From a virus (lineage: Duplodnaviria > Caudoviricetes), in IMG/VR virus record IMGVR_UViG_2724679537_000002, positions 5,485 through 69,484 of that record: DNA of 64,000 bases; one strand, written 5' to 3'. The notes beneath the pieces are model-generated. The model saw only the letters and a program-made list of their open reading frames with translations, was not told where the DNA came from and did not search any database. The stretch's first letter is position 1. The number at the start of each line of letters is the position of its first letter. Made by a program: the position numbers and the translations under genes. Positions 47,229 to 54,704 of this stretch are shown here, in pieces.

Positions 47229-47253
47229 AGACCCGCCGCCCGGCGGGTTTTTT
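47229..47253 (+). terminator. Rho-independent terminator after cI operon
   Basis: ACCCGCC-GCCC-GGCGGGT followed by T-run. Confidence 0.8.
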
Positions 47254-47285
47254 GTTGCCTGCAAGCTACTGACATGGCGAGAAAA

Positions 47286-47348
47286 TATGCATGAATGCAA
47301 AATTATCTGCACGAATGCATTGACAGGATATGCATCAATGCATAATCT
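47286..47348 (+). promoter_or_regulatory. OL/PL region: TTGACA promoter with three operator copies
   Basis: TTGACA 47320-47325; operators at 47286, 47306, 47329; 24 bp identical to 45509-45532. Confidence 0.8.
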
Positions 47349-47385
47349 TCATTTCAACAGCACGGCACACCGCCCACTGGATCAC

Positions 47386-47397
47386 CGCTCTTTCACA
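47386..47397 (+). promoter_or_regulatory. boxA antitermination element
   Basis: CGCTCTTTCACA, one mismatch to consensus CGCTCTTTAACA, just downstream of PL. Confidence 0.7.
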
Positions 47398-47813
47398 ATC
47401 TGCGATCCCCTCCCCCTGGGGCCACAAGGGGGCACCACCCGAGAAACCGGGCAGGTGGGCACGGCCTCACCCGCATGAGGAACGGCATTCCAACAGCATT
47501 GGCTCTGTCGTCGCGGGGCGCTCCCTAAGAGAGGTGGGGGCGCGGCCTGGCAGCCGCCGGCGCGACCGGCAGCCGTGTCAGCTGGCCCTGAGCATATCAG
47601 GGTCATCGAGAAGCGCCTTGGCGCTACAGGTCTCTGACCCTCCCGCCGTTGTGGCGTCAGGGTGCTTCTCGATGCAGTGAAAGATACGCCCCAAAGCGGG
47701 TGCTCCCGTATGCCTTATCGGTGGGGGTTAATGGAACGAAAAGATAGGGCCGCTGCATCACCCGGCCCACCAGGGCGTTATCTGGCGGGCATCACTTCAG
47801 TTCCCTGCACATT

Positions 47814-47838
47814 GCCCGGCCTCCCGTCGGGCTTTTTT
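47814..47838 (+). terminator. tL1-like terminator
   Basis: GCCCGGC-CTCCC-GTCGGGC-TTTTTT. Confidence 0.8.
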
Positions 47839-47891
47839 ACGGACACCTGGAGCCTGGTATGACACCAGTCACGAATCGAGAGGAAGTCGTC

Positions 47892-48125
47892 ATGATCCCT
47901 ATTCATCAGGGCAAGGTGGTGCACCTTGTCAATCGCAGAACCCGAGTCGTCGACCTGGTCCGCGAACAGGGTCGCGCCCTGGTGTGGCGGCGCAAGGCCA
48001 TCAGCCGCCGGGCGATCGAAGACGGGCCGGCCAATACGACGGAAGCGGCCAACGCTCGCCGAGAGGCCGAGTACGTATCCCGGCGCAACGGACTTAAGCC
48101 CGCCCTGCTCCAGATCTGGAAGTAG
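47892..48125 (+). CDS. Hypothetical basic protein, first ORF of the early operon
   Basis: 77 aa, GAGG RBS. Confidence 0.65.
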   Translation: MIPIHQGKVVHLVNRRTRVVDLVREQGRALVWRRKAISRRAIEDGPANTTEAANARREAEYVSRRNGLKPALLQIWK

Positions 48126-48152
48126 CGCCCCGCGCGTTAAAGGAGGCTGATC

Positions 48153-48431
48153 ATGATGCCCACCCGTATCGCCGGCATCCCCTGCTTGGTGGATGTCACC
48201 AGCTACACCCCGGCCGACCCCGGCAGCTTCTTCGAGCCGCCCAGCGGGCCGGAAATCGAGTACGAGGTCTACGACCGTCGCGGCTACAAGGCGGGCTGGC
48301 TACTGGCCAAGCTCACCGACGCCGACGACGACGCCATCCTGGAGCAGTACGAAGCCAGCCTGCGCGAGATCCGAAGCCAGGCGCGCATCGATGCCTACAT
48401 CGACAGCCTGGAAGCCCGCGCCTGGACATGA
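48153..48431 (+). CDS. Hypothetical phage protein
   Basis: 92 aa, AAGGAGG RBS. Confidence 0.8.
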   Translation: MMPTRIAGIPCLVDVTSYTPADPGSFFEPPSGPEIEYEVYDRRGYKAGWLLAKLTDADDDAILEQYEASLREIRSQARIDAYIDSLEARAWT

Positions 48432-48516
48432 AAAAGCCCCACCCCAGTAGGCGCTGGAGTGAGGCCCGTTGCAGTGACCGACAACCGTATCGCATCACCC
48501 GAATGAGGATAGCACT

Positions 48517-49614
48517 ATGAGCATGACCATTGAACAGGCCAAACACGAACTGATCACCAACCATCGCGTCGCCACCCTGGATATGCCCGAGGAGGTGTGG
48601 CTGCAGCTGCGCGGGCTCGGCATCGGGGCCAGCGAGGCCGCGGCAGCCGTCGGGGCTAGCGAGCACCGCACCCCGTTCGATATCGCCGAGCGCAAGCTGG
48701 GCCTAGTCAGCGACGACGCGGACGCCAACTACCGCCGCCGCCAGAAGATGGCCATGGGCCACGTCATGGAGCCGGTGACCGCTTCCCGCTTCGCGGAGTT
48801 CACCGGGCTCAACGTCCAGAACTTCAACTGCATGCTGGCCCACCCCGAGCACCCGTTCATGCTGGCCAACATCGACCGCCGCATCGTCGGCGTCACCGAT
48901 GCGCAGTCGGCCTGGCTCGAGCTGGTCATGGGCCAGACCGTGAAGGGCCCGGGCGTGGCCGAGCTCAAGAACGTCGAGTTCGCGCAGGGCTGGGGCAGGC
49001 CGGACAACGTGCACACCACCGGCGGGCTGTGCACCACAGGCGAGGTGCCGGAGGACTACTTCATTCAGGTGCAGCACCAACTGGCCGTCACCGGCTACGA
49101 GTGGGGCTTCCTGGTGGTGACTATCGCCGGTTGGGAGACTCGCTGGTACCCCATCCTGCGCGACGACGAGCTGATCGACGACCTGATCGCCCTGGAGGGC
49201 GAGCTGTGGGCCACCATCCAGCGCGGCGAGATGCCGGAGATTGATGTTGAGCACCCCAAGGCCATCGAGCTGCTCAAGCGCCTGCACCCGGGCACCGACG
49301 GCAGCATGGTCGACCTATCCGCGCTCGAGCATTGGCGCAAGGTCGAGCAACAGGCCAAGGAGGAGATCAAGGCCCTGGAGACCACCGCCAAGGTGGCCCG
49401 CGCCCACATCCTCGAGGCCATGGGCGATGCTGCGGTGGCCACCTTCGGTGACGACCAGGTGATGCGCCGCAAGGTGACCAAGCGCAAGGCCTACACCGTC
49501 GAGGTCGGCGAGAGCGAGTACGTCGACATCCGCTACGGGAAGATGAACAAGGCCGAGAAGGACCAGCTGGCCGCACAGGCCGATGATGTCGAACAACAAG
49601 GAGAAGCCGCATGA
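48517..49614 (+). CDS. YqaJ/lambda-exonuclease family recombinase exonuclease
   Basis: GIGASEAAA, GHVMEP, MLANIDR, ELKN, YFIQVQHQLAVTG. Confidence 0.92.
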   Translation: MSMTIEQAKHELITNHRVATLDMPEEVWLQLRGLGIGASEAAAAVGASEHRTPFDIAERKLGLVSDDADANYRRRQKMAMGHVMEPVTASRFAEFTGLNVQNFNCMLAHPEHPFMLANIDRRIVGVTDAQSAWLELVMGQTVKGPGVAELKNVEFAQGWGRPDNVHTTGGLCTTGEVPEDYFIQVQHQLAVTGYEWGFLVVTIAGWETRWYPILRDDELIDDLIALEGELWATIQRGEMPEIDVEHPKAIELLKRLHPGTDGSMVDLSALEHWRKVEQQAKEEIKALETTAKVARAHILEAMGDAAVATFGDDQVMRRKVTKRKAYTVEVGESEYVDIRYGKMNKAEKDQLAAQADDVEQQGEAA

Positions 49615-50666
49615 CTACTGCACCCCTCAACGCACAGCAGTTCCAAGCCCCCGCCGAGAGCCAGGCGGCGGCGCCGTCGATCCAGACGCAGGAGGAGATG
49701 CAGAACCTGCTGTTCAACCACAACGCCATGAGCCAGCTCTACAACCTGGCTCAGGTGATGGCCAAGGGGCAGTCGACGGTGCCCCGCCACCTTCAGGGCA
49801 ACGCCGGGGACTGCATGGCGGTGGTGATGCAGGCCGCGCAGTGGCGCATGAACCCCTTCGCCGTCGCGCAGAAGACCCACCTGGTCAACGGCACGCTGGG
49901 CTACGAGGCTCAACTGGTCAACGCTGTGATCAACACCATGGCACCCACCACCGGGCGGCTGCAGTACGAGTGGTTCGGCGAATGGACGAAGATCATCGGC
50001 AAGTTCGTCGAGAAGCAGGGGCAGAAAGGCACCTACAAGGCGCCGGGCTGGACCTCGAAAGACGAGGAAGGGCTGGGCGTTCGCGTGTGGGCCACGCTCA
50101 AGGGCGAAGACGAGCCCCGTGTACTGGAGATCCTGCTGACCCAGGCCCAAACCCGCAACTCCACTCTGTGGGCCAGCGACCCCAAGCAGCAGCTCGCCTA
50201 CCTGGCCATCAAGCGCTGGGCGCGCCTGTACTGCCCCGACGTGATCCTGGGCGTCTACACCCCCGACGAGGTGGACGGCTACGGCCAACAGGCCGGCGAG
50301 CGTGACGTGACGCCGCGCCAAGCAGCGCAAGGACCGGGCTCTCTGCCCAGTAATGCCCAAGGCAGGGTCAAGGCCAAGCTCTCTCAGAAGCTCCAGTCGA
50401 AGGCGCAGCAAGCGCGGCATCAGGAGGCACCGCCGGCCAGCGACCCCGCCGAGGCGCCGACGGGTGAGCCCGAGGATGCCGCCCCCGGCGGCGAGATCAC
50501 CTGCGCTTACGTCTGCGAGCAGATCAAGAAGGCGTACAGCCCGGACGAGCTGGCCGAAGCCGCCGATATGGCCCGCCACCTGCCGGAAGGCGACCAAGGC
50601 GTAGCCCGGGAGGCCTACAAGGCTCGCCTGGCCACGCTCAAGCAGCAAGCTGACGGCGGCCAGTAA
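49611..50666 (+). CDS. recT: RecT-family single-strand annealing protein
   Basis: VPRHLQGNAGDC...NPFAVAQKTHLVNGTLGYEAQL...WARLYCPDVILGVY. Confidence 0.9.
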   Translation: MTTAPLNAQQFQAPAESQAAAPSIQTQEEMQNLLFNHNAMSQLYNLAQVMAKGQSTVPRHLQGNAGDCMAVVMQAAQWRMNPFAVAQKTHLVNGTLGYEAQLVNAVINTMAPTTGRLQYEWFGEWTKIIGKFVEKQGQKGTYKAPGWTSKDEEGLGVRVWATLKGEDEPRVLEILLTQAQTRNSTLWASDPKQQLAYLAIKRWARLYCPDVILGVYTPDEVDGYGQQAGERDVTPRQAAQGPGSLPSNAQGRVKAKLSQKLQSKAQQARHQEAPPASDPAEAPTGEPEDAAPGGEITCAYVCEQIKKAYSPDELAEAADMARHLPEGDQGVAREAYKARLATLKQQADGGQ

Positions 50667-50782
50667 GCCGCCACTCCTCGACCCCGCACGACGGGGCCTT
50701 CACCACCAGCCGGAAACACATGGCGCCAAGCCCGCTTGGGGCTGCCGCGCGCCCGTACCCCGGCGCAATAGGAGCCACGACG

Positions 50783-51367
50783 ATGAAAACCGTCACCCTG
50801 AAACTGACCGGCATTTCGCCGCTTCTCATGCACAGCGACCGCTATGCGAACCCGCTCGACCCCATGACCAAGGCCCATAAGGTGCTGACCGGAAAGCGCA
50901 AGAAGCTGGACGAGGATCACGAAGCCATCGCCAAGTCCGAATGGATGGGCGGCCTCTACCACGATAAGGACATGGGCCCTTATCTGCCGGGCCAGAACAT
51001 CAAGTCTGCCTTGGTGGGTGCTGCCAAGCTCAACCGCCTGGGCGCCGCCTTCAAGCGCGGCGTCATGGTGCTGGAAGAGCGCGTCAAGCTCGACTATCCC
51101 GGCCCGCGCGACCCGGAAAAGATGTTTGCCGAAAGAAAGTTCGTCGACTGCCGCTCGGTGGTAGTCAGCCAATCGAGGTTGATGCGCTATCGGCCCAAGA
51201 TTCATGACTGGTCGCTTCAGGTCGACGTGATGTTCAGCCCAGAGATGACCGAGCAAGACAGCATCGCGCGCGCTGCTGAGGACGCCGGCATGTTCGTCGG
51301 CCTGGGCGATTACCGTCCCGAGAAGGGCGGCACCTTTGGGCGCTTCAATGTGGAGGTTGTGCAGTGA
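50783..51367 (+). CDS. Stand-alone RAMP/Cas7-like protein
   Basis: 194 aa; N-terminal strand KLTGISPLLMH, PYLPGQNIKSAL, C-terminal Gly-rich loop VGLGDYRPEKGGTFGRF: RAMP (Csm3/Cmr4-type) motif order. Confidence 0.8.
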   Translation: MKTVTLKLTGISPLLMHSDRYANPLDPMTKAHKVLTGKRKKLDEDHEAIAKSEWMGGLYHDKDMGPYLPGQNIKSALVGAAKLNRLGAAFKRGVMVLEERVKLDYPGPRDPEKMFAERKFVDCRSVVVSQSRLMRYRPKIHDWSLQVDVMFSPEMTEQDSIARAAEDAGMFVGLGDYRPEKGGTFGRFNVEVVQ

Positions 51368-51834
51368 GCAAGGACACCACCTGGATGGAAGGCGCCATCG
51401 CCGCCTTCGACCGCGAAGGTTTCAAGGATGGCGACCTGATCAGTCACGAGTGGCTTGACTGGGCGCTGGATATGCCAGCGCCCGCCACCGTAGCCGAATA
51501 CGAGAAAGCGCGCTGGGAGGAGCGGAGCCGCCTCAAGAGCTTCTTCACCTACCTGATGGAGGAGCGCTGCATCGTGGTCGCCAACGTCTGGGGCGAGGGC
51601 TACCGAATCGTCCCGCCTGACGACCAGGCCGGCTTCGCCATCCACGCCCTGACCAGGGTAATCAACAAGAGCCTGAGCAAGACACAGCGCATCCTGGCGC
51701 ATGCCCGCTTCGACGAGATGAGCGACGAAGGCGCTCGCCGCCACGTCGACGCTCAGGCCCGGGTGGCGGGATTCCAGCAGCTGATGAATCGGCAGCAGAA
51801 GCGCCTCACCCTTCCCTTCCATCCCGCCGAATAG
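51364..51834 (+). CDS. Accessory protein coupled to the RAMP gene
   Basis: 156 aa, GTGA overlap, GGAGG RBS; NVWGEGYRIVPP. Confidence 0.8.
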   Translation: MSKDTTWMEGAIAAFDREGFKDGDLISHEWLDWALDMPAPATVAEYEKARWEERSRLKSFFTYLMEERCIVVANVWGEGYRIVPPDDQAGFAIHALTRVINKSLSKTQRILAHARFDEMSDEGARRHVDAQARVAGFQQLMNRQQKRLTLPFHPAE

Positions 51835-51841
51835 CGCGATT

Positions 51842-52184
51842 GGCTCAGCGCGCGGCATGCGATGGCATGGCTCGGTCCGGCCAGGCATCGCGTGGCAAGG
51901 GCTGCGTATGCAGCGGTCTGGCGGCTTGCGAGCCGCCCTTCCGGTGCAGATGCACCAAGGGCGCGGCCCGGCGCCGTCTGGCAAGGCAGGGCGGGGCACC
52001 CCAAGGGCTACAACGTAGCGGTCTGCCCTCTCGGCGAGAGGGCTTTCCGGTGCGAAAGCGCTACGTGGCTTTGCACGGCGGGGCATGGCGCGGCCCGGTA
52101 TGGCAAGGATTGGCACGGCACCCCAAGGGCTGCAACGCAGCGTGTAGCGCCTTCTTCGAGGGCGCTATGCCGTGCGCATGCACG
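51842..52184 (+). ncRNA. Array of three structured RNAs: (GGY-NN)n tract plus three-hairpin tail
   Basis: 5-nt periodic tracts at 51854-51898, 51960-51999, 52067-52121; each followed by AAGGGCT (51897, 52003, 52125) and covarying hairpins. Confidence 0.8.
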
Positions 52185-52210
52185 CACCTGAACACGAGAA
52201 AGGAGCCGAT

Positions 52211-52774
52211 ATGGCACGCGGAGTGAACAAGGTCATCCTCATTGGCAACCTGGGTCAGGATCCGGAGGTGCGCTTCATGCCCTCCGGCAACCCGGTCGCC
52301 AACCTACGGCTGGCCACTACCGACAGCTGGATGGACCGTCAGAGCGGGCAGCGACAGGAGCGCACCGAGTGGCACAGCGTCGTGCTGTTCAACAAGACGG
52401 CCGAAATCGCCCAGCAGTACCTGCGCAAGGGCTCCAAGGTCTACATCGAGGGCCGCCTGCAGACGCGCAAGTGGCAGGGGCAGGACGGCCAGGACCGCTA
52501 CAGCACCGAGATCGTCGCCAACGACATGCAGATGCTCGACTCCCGCGACGACCAGCAGGGGCAGTCGGCCGGCGGCTACGGCGGCCAGCCACAAGGCGAC
52601 TACGGCCAGGGCGGCCAGCAGCAGCGCAGGCAGCCGCCTCAGAGTCAGCCGCCCGGCTACGGCGCCCCGCCGCCCAGCCAGGCCCCGCAAGGCGGAGGCG
52701 GGGGCGGGGGCGGCTTCAGCGACTTCGACGACGAGATCCCGTTCGCCCGGTTCCCGAATATCGCCGGGGGCTGA
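52211..52774 (+). CDS. ssb: Single-stranded DNA-binding protein
   Basis: [21 protein letters not shown]...DFDDEIPF. Confidence 0.97.
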   Translation: MARGVNKVILIGNLGQDPEVRFMPSGNPVANLRLATTDSWMDRQSGQRQERTEWHSVVLFNKTAEIAQQYLRKGSKVYIEGRLQTRKWQGQDGQDRYSTEIVANDMQMLDSRDDQQGQSAGGYGGQPQGDYGQGGQQQRRQPPQSQPPGYGAPPPSQAPQGGGGGGGGFSDFDDEIPFARFPNIAGG

Positions 52775-52799
52775 CCCGGGCAGCTATCAAGGAGGCAGC

Positions 52800-53897
52800 A
52801 TGCCAACGATTGATCGAAACGGCACCGTGAGCTTCGGCGATGCCAGCCTGAACGTCCTGAACGTCTGGGAGGAACCGGAGCGTCAGGGCCCGCTTCAGTG
52901 GCAGGCATGGGAGCGCCAGTTCAAGAAGGATGTCTTCCTTCGCATTGCCCAGCAGCTTCGCCGGATTGGCTGGCAGACGGAGGTGCCGGCGGACATGGTC
53001 GAGCGGTACGGCCGGCGCTTCGCCGAAGGTTACCGCTACTGCCGAAAGGGCGACCTACAGGGTCGACTCGAAGTCACCGGTCGCTGCATCAAGTTCGAGA
53101 TGTGGCAGGACGTCGCCAGCGTCGAGAATCCCAACGGCGGGCGCTACGACTTCGATAAAGAAAAGCGGATGCCCTATCTACTTTGGCTGGAGATGGAGCG
53201 CACCCGCCGCCGACTGCGCGCCTACCTATGCAACGTCTTCGCCGGCTACGAGTTCAACCACAAGCCGCGTGACGGGCGCACTGCGAAGCGCGGTCCCGGG
53301 GCGATGACAGCAATGGAGTGGGTCGAGGAATGCTGGCGTACCAGCTGGCATTTCAAGGGCGACACCAGCGCTTACGCGATCAGCGACGTCAACAGGAAGT
53401 CGGCCGATGGAAAGCTGATCGAGCACGGCCAGCGCGTCTACTTCGCGGATCGGAAGGGCCGCATGTGCGTCGGCACCGCCTACTACAACATCAACAACAT
53501 GTGGTGGGTGGTTACCGGCAAGTACGGCGTCACCAATGAGGCCAGTTTCGCTCTCTACGTCGACAGCCCGGGCGACCTTCGGCGAAAACGAAACGATGGC
53601 CTGAGCCGGAAGCGCCTTGAAAGCGAACTATCCCGGGCCGTCAAGGCGATGGACTTCCGACGCGCCGAGACTCTGAAAAACATCCTGTTCCCGCCCGAGG
53701 AACCGCTCTACCTCATCTGGCACAAGGGACACGACGCCTATCACCGCCCTGGCGCCTGCGGCTACACAACCGATGCAAACCAGGCTGGCAAGTTCACATG
53801 GGAGGAGCTGGGGCGCTTTCGCCCTACCGACGGCAGCATGGAAGATCATCTGAGCCTGATCGTGCCGCTGGCGGGCGAGCAAGCAAAGGCAGCATGA
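52800..53897 (+). CDS. Hypothetical phage protein
   Basis: 365 aa from ATG 52800, AAGGAGG RBS; NGGRYDFDK, AYYNINNMWWV. Confidence 0.8.
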   Translation: MPTIDRNGTVSFGDASLNVLNVWEEPERQGPLQWQAWERQFKKDVFLRIAQQLRRIGWQTEVPADMVERYGRRFAEGYRYCRKGDLQGRLEVTGRCIKFEMWQDVASVENPNGGRYDFDKEKRMPYLLWLEMERTRRRLRAYLCNVFAGYEFNHKPRDGRTAKRGPGAMTAMEWVEECWRTSWHFKGDTSAYAISDVNRKSADGKLIEHGQRVYFADRKGRMCVGTAYYNINNMWWVVTGKYGVTNEASFALYVDSPGDLRRKRNDGLSRKRLESELSRAVKAMDFRRAETLKNILFPPEEPLYLIWHKGHDAYHRPGACGYTTDANQAGKFTWEELGRFRPTDGSMEDHLSLIVPLAGEQAKAA

Positions 53898-53923
53898 CCG
53901 TTCCCCGCACGCGCGGGGCTCTA

Positions 53924-54064
53924 CTTGCCTGCCGCACAGGCAGCTCAGAAAACGTGGCCAACGATCCCGGCGCCGCCGTGGTGCTTGCCTGCCGCACAGG
54001 CAGCTCAGAAAACTACAGACCCGCCCTGATCGAGCGGGAACTCCTTGCCTGCCGCACAGGCAGC
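53924..54064 (+). CRISPR. Type I-F-like CRISPR mini-array (2 full repeats, 1 truncated, 2 spacers), no cas genes in window
   Basis: CTTGCCTGCCGCACAGGCAGCTCAGAAA at 53924 and 53984, first 21 nt again at 54044; 32-nt spacers. Confidence 0.92.
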
Positions 54065-54104
54065 CCTATCATCCACCCTGCCCCGCCCTGCCGCGGGGCT
54101 TCCT

Positions 54105-54146
54105 GTTTCTGGAGGACACCATGCAGTTTCTGGAGGACACCATGCA
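54105..54146 (+). repeat. 21-bp tandem duplication containing RBS and start codon
   Basis: GTTTCTGGAGGACACCATGCA twice. Confidence 0.9.
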
Positions 54147-54435
54147 GTGCGATTGCCAAACCAAGGTCGCCGAGAAGCTGGCCGAGCACGTCAAGGCGAA
54201 GCTGCCCGAGGGCTTCAAGGACTTCGATGCCAAGCTCCAGGGCTATGGCTTCACCCTGACCGGCAATCAGATGTCGTCGCCGCTCATGATCGGCTACCAG
54301 GGCGAGGTCTGGGTCCCGAAGAAGGATCCGACCAAGGGCATGAAGCGCCAGAAGATCGACACCTTCGTCACCGCCAACCTCTGCCCCTTCTGCGGCAAGG
54401 CGGCCAAGCCCGACGACGACAAGGAGGCGGCATGA
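54142..54435 (+). CDS. Hypothetical Zn-binding protein
   Basis: MQCDC...CPFCG. Confidence 0.8.
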   Translation: MQCDCQTKVAEKLAEHVKAKLPEGFKDFDAKLQGYGFTLTGNQMSSPLMIGYQGEVWVPKKDPTKGMKRQKIDTFVTANLCPFCGKAAKPDDDKEAA

Positions 54436-54704
54436 GCCAGACACACACCATCGTCGTGAGATTCCCCGCCGGGATTGTGCCGCGATACAGCGCAGCCACC
54501 GAATTTCAGGGCGGCCAGGTGGTGGCCGTGGACTTCGACGGTAACCGATTGCACGTCTGTCAGCAGCTGGAGGAGGCGCTGGAAGCATGCCTTGAGCTGA
54601 TCGATACCATCTCGCCTCTGGAGGGTGATGTGGTTCGCAAGACGCGCGCGGCCCTGGAGCTTGCCCGGAGCGCCCCGGCCAAAGCCAGAGGAGATAGCTC
54701 ATGA
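54432..54704 (+). CDS. Hypothetical protein
   Basis: 90 aa, ATGA-coupled. Confidence 0.7.
   Translation: MSQTHTIVVRFPAGIVPRYSAATEFQGGQVVAVDFDGNRLHVCQQLEEALEACLELIDTISPLEGDVVRKTRAALELARSAPAKARGDSS

Noticed and set aside
47320-47345. Unit-3 NN string read as NN-x partly matches the phage's own PL (TTgACaGGaTAtGCaTCaATgCA; 12 of the first 16 positions)
   Set aside because: A rough binomial estimate gives several such matches by chance in 128 kb of both strands, and the last three dinucleotides fail. Not claimed as a target, though homologous promoters of related phages are worth checking.
47400-47800. Possible tRNA genes in the PL leader
   Set aside because: No T-arm GTTCRA motif or cloverleaf found.
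50804-50830. Unit-3 NN string also partly matches codon positions 1-2 of the RAMP gene start (LTGISP; 12 of 18)
   Set aside because: Chance-level match; the gap rule and orientation are unknown.
51840-52226. ORF-track ORFs spanning the GGY array (51840-52226, 51862-52191 and antisense ones)
   Set aside because: No RBS, low-complexity translations produced by the 5-nt repeat; RNA-structure covariation explains the region better.
53952-54043. Self-targeting of the mini-array spacers within this window
   Set aside because: No match found by eye; the search was not exhaustive and needs alignment.
50783-54064. Reading the RAMP gene plus mini-array as a degenerate type I-F/III/IV cas operon
   Set aside because: No cas5, cas6, cas8, cas10 or cas1 recognisable; the RAMP gene is adjacent to the GGY array and separated from the CRISPR repeats by ssb and another gene.
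53798-54259. ORF with repeated LLACRTGSSEN peptide
   Set aside because: It is the translation of the 60-nt CRISPR period, not a protein repeat.
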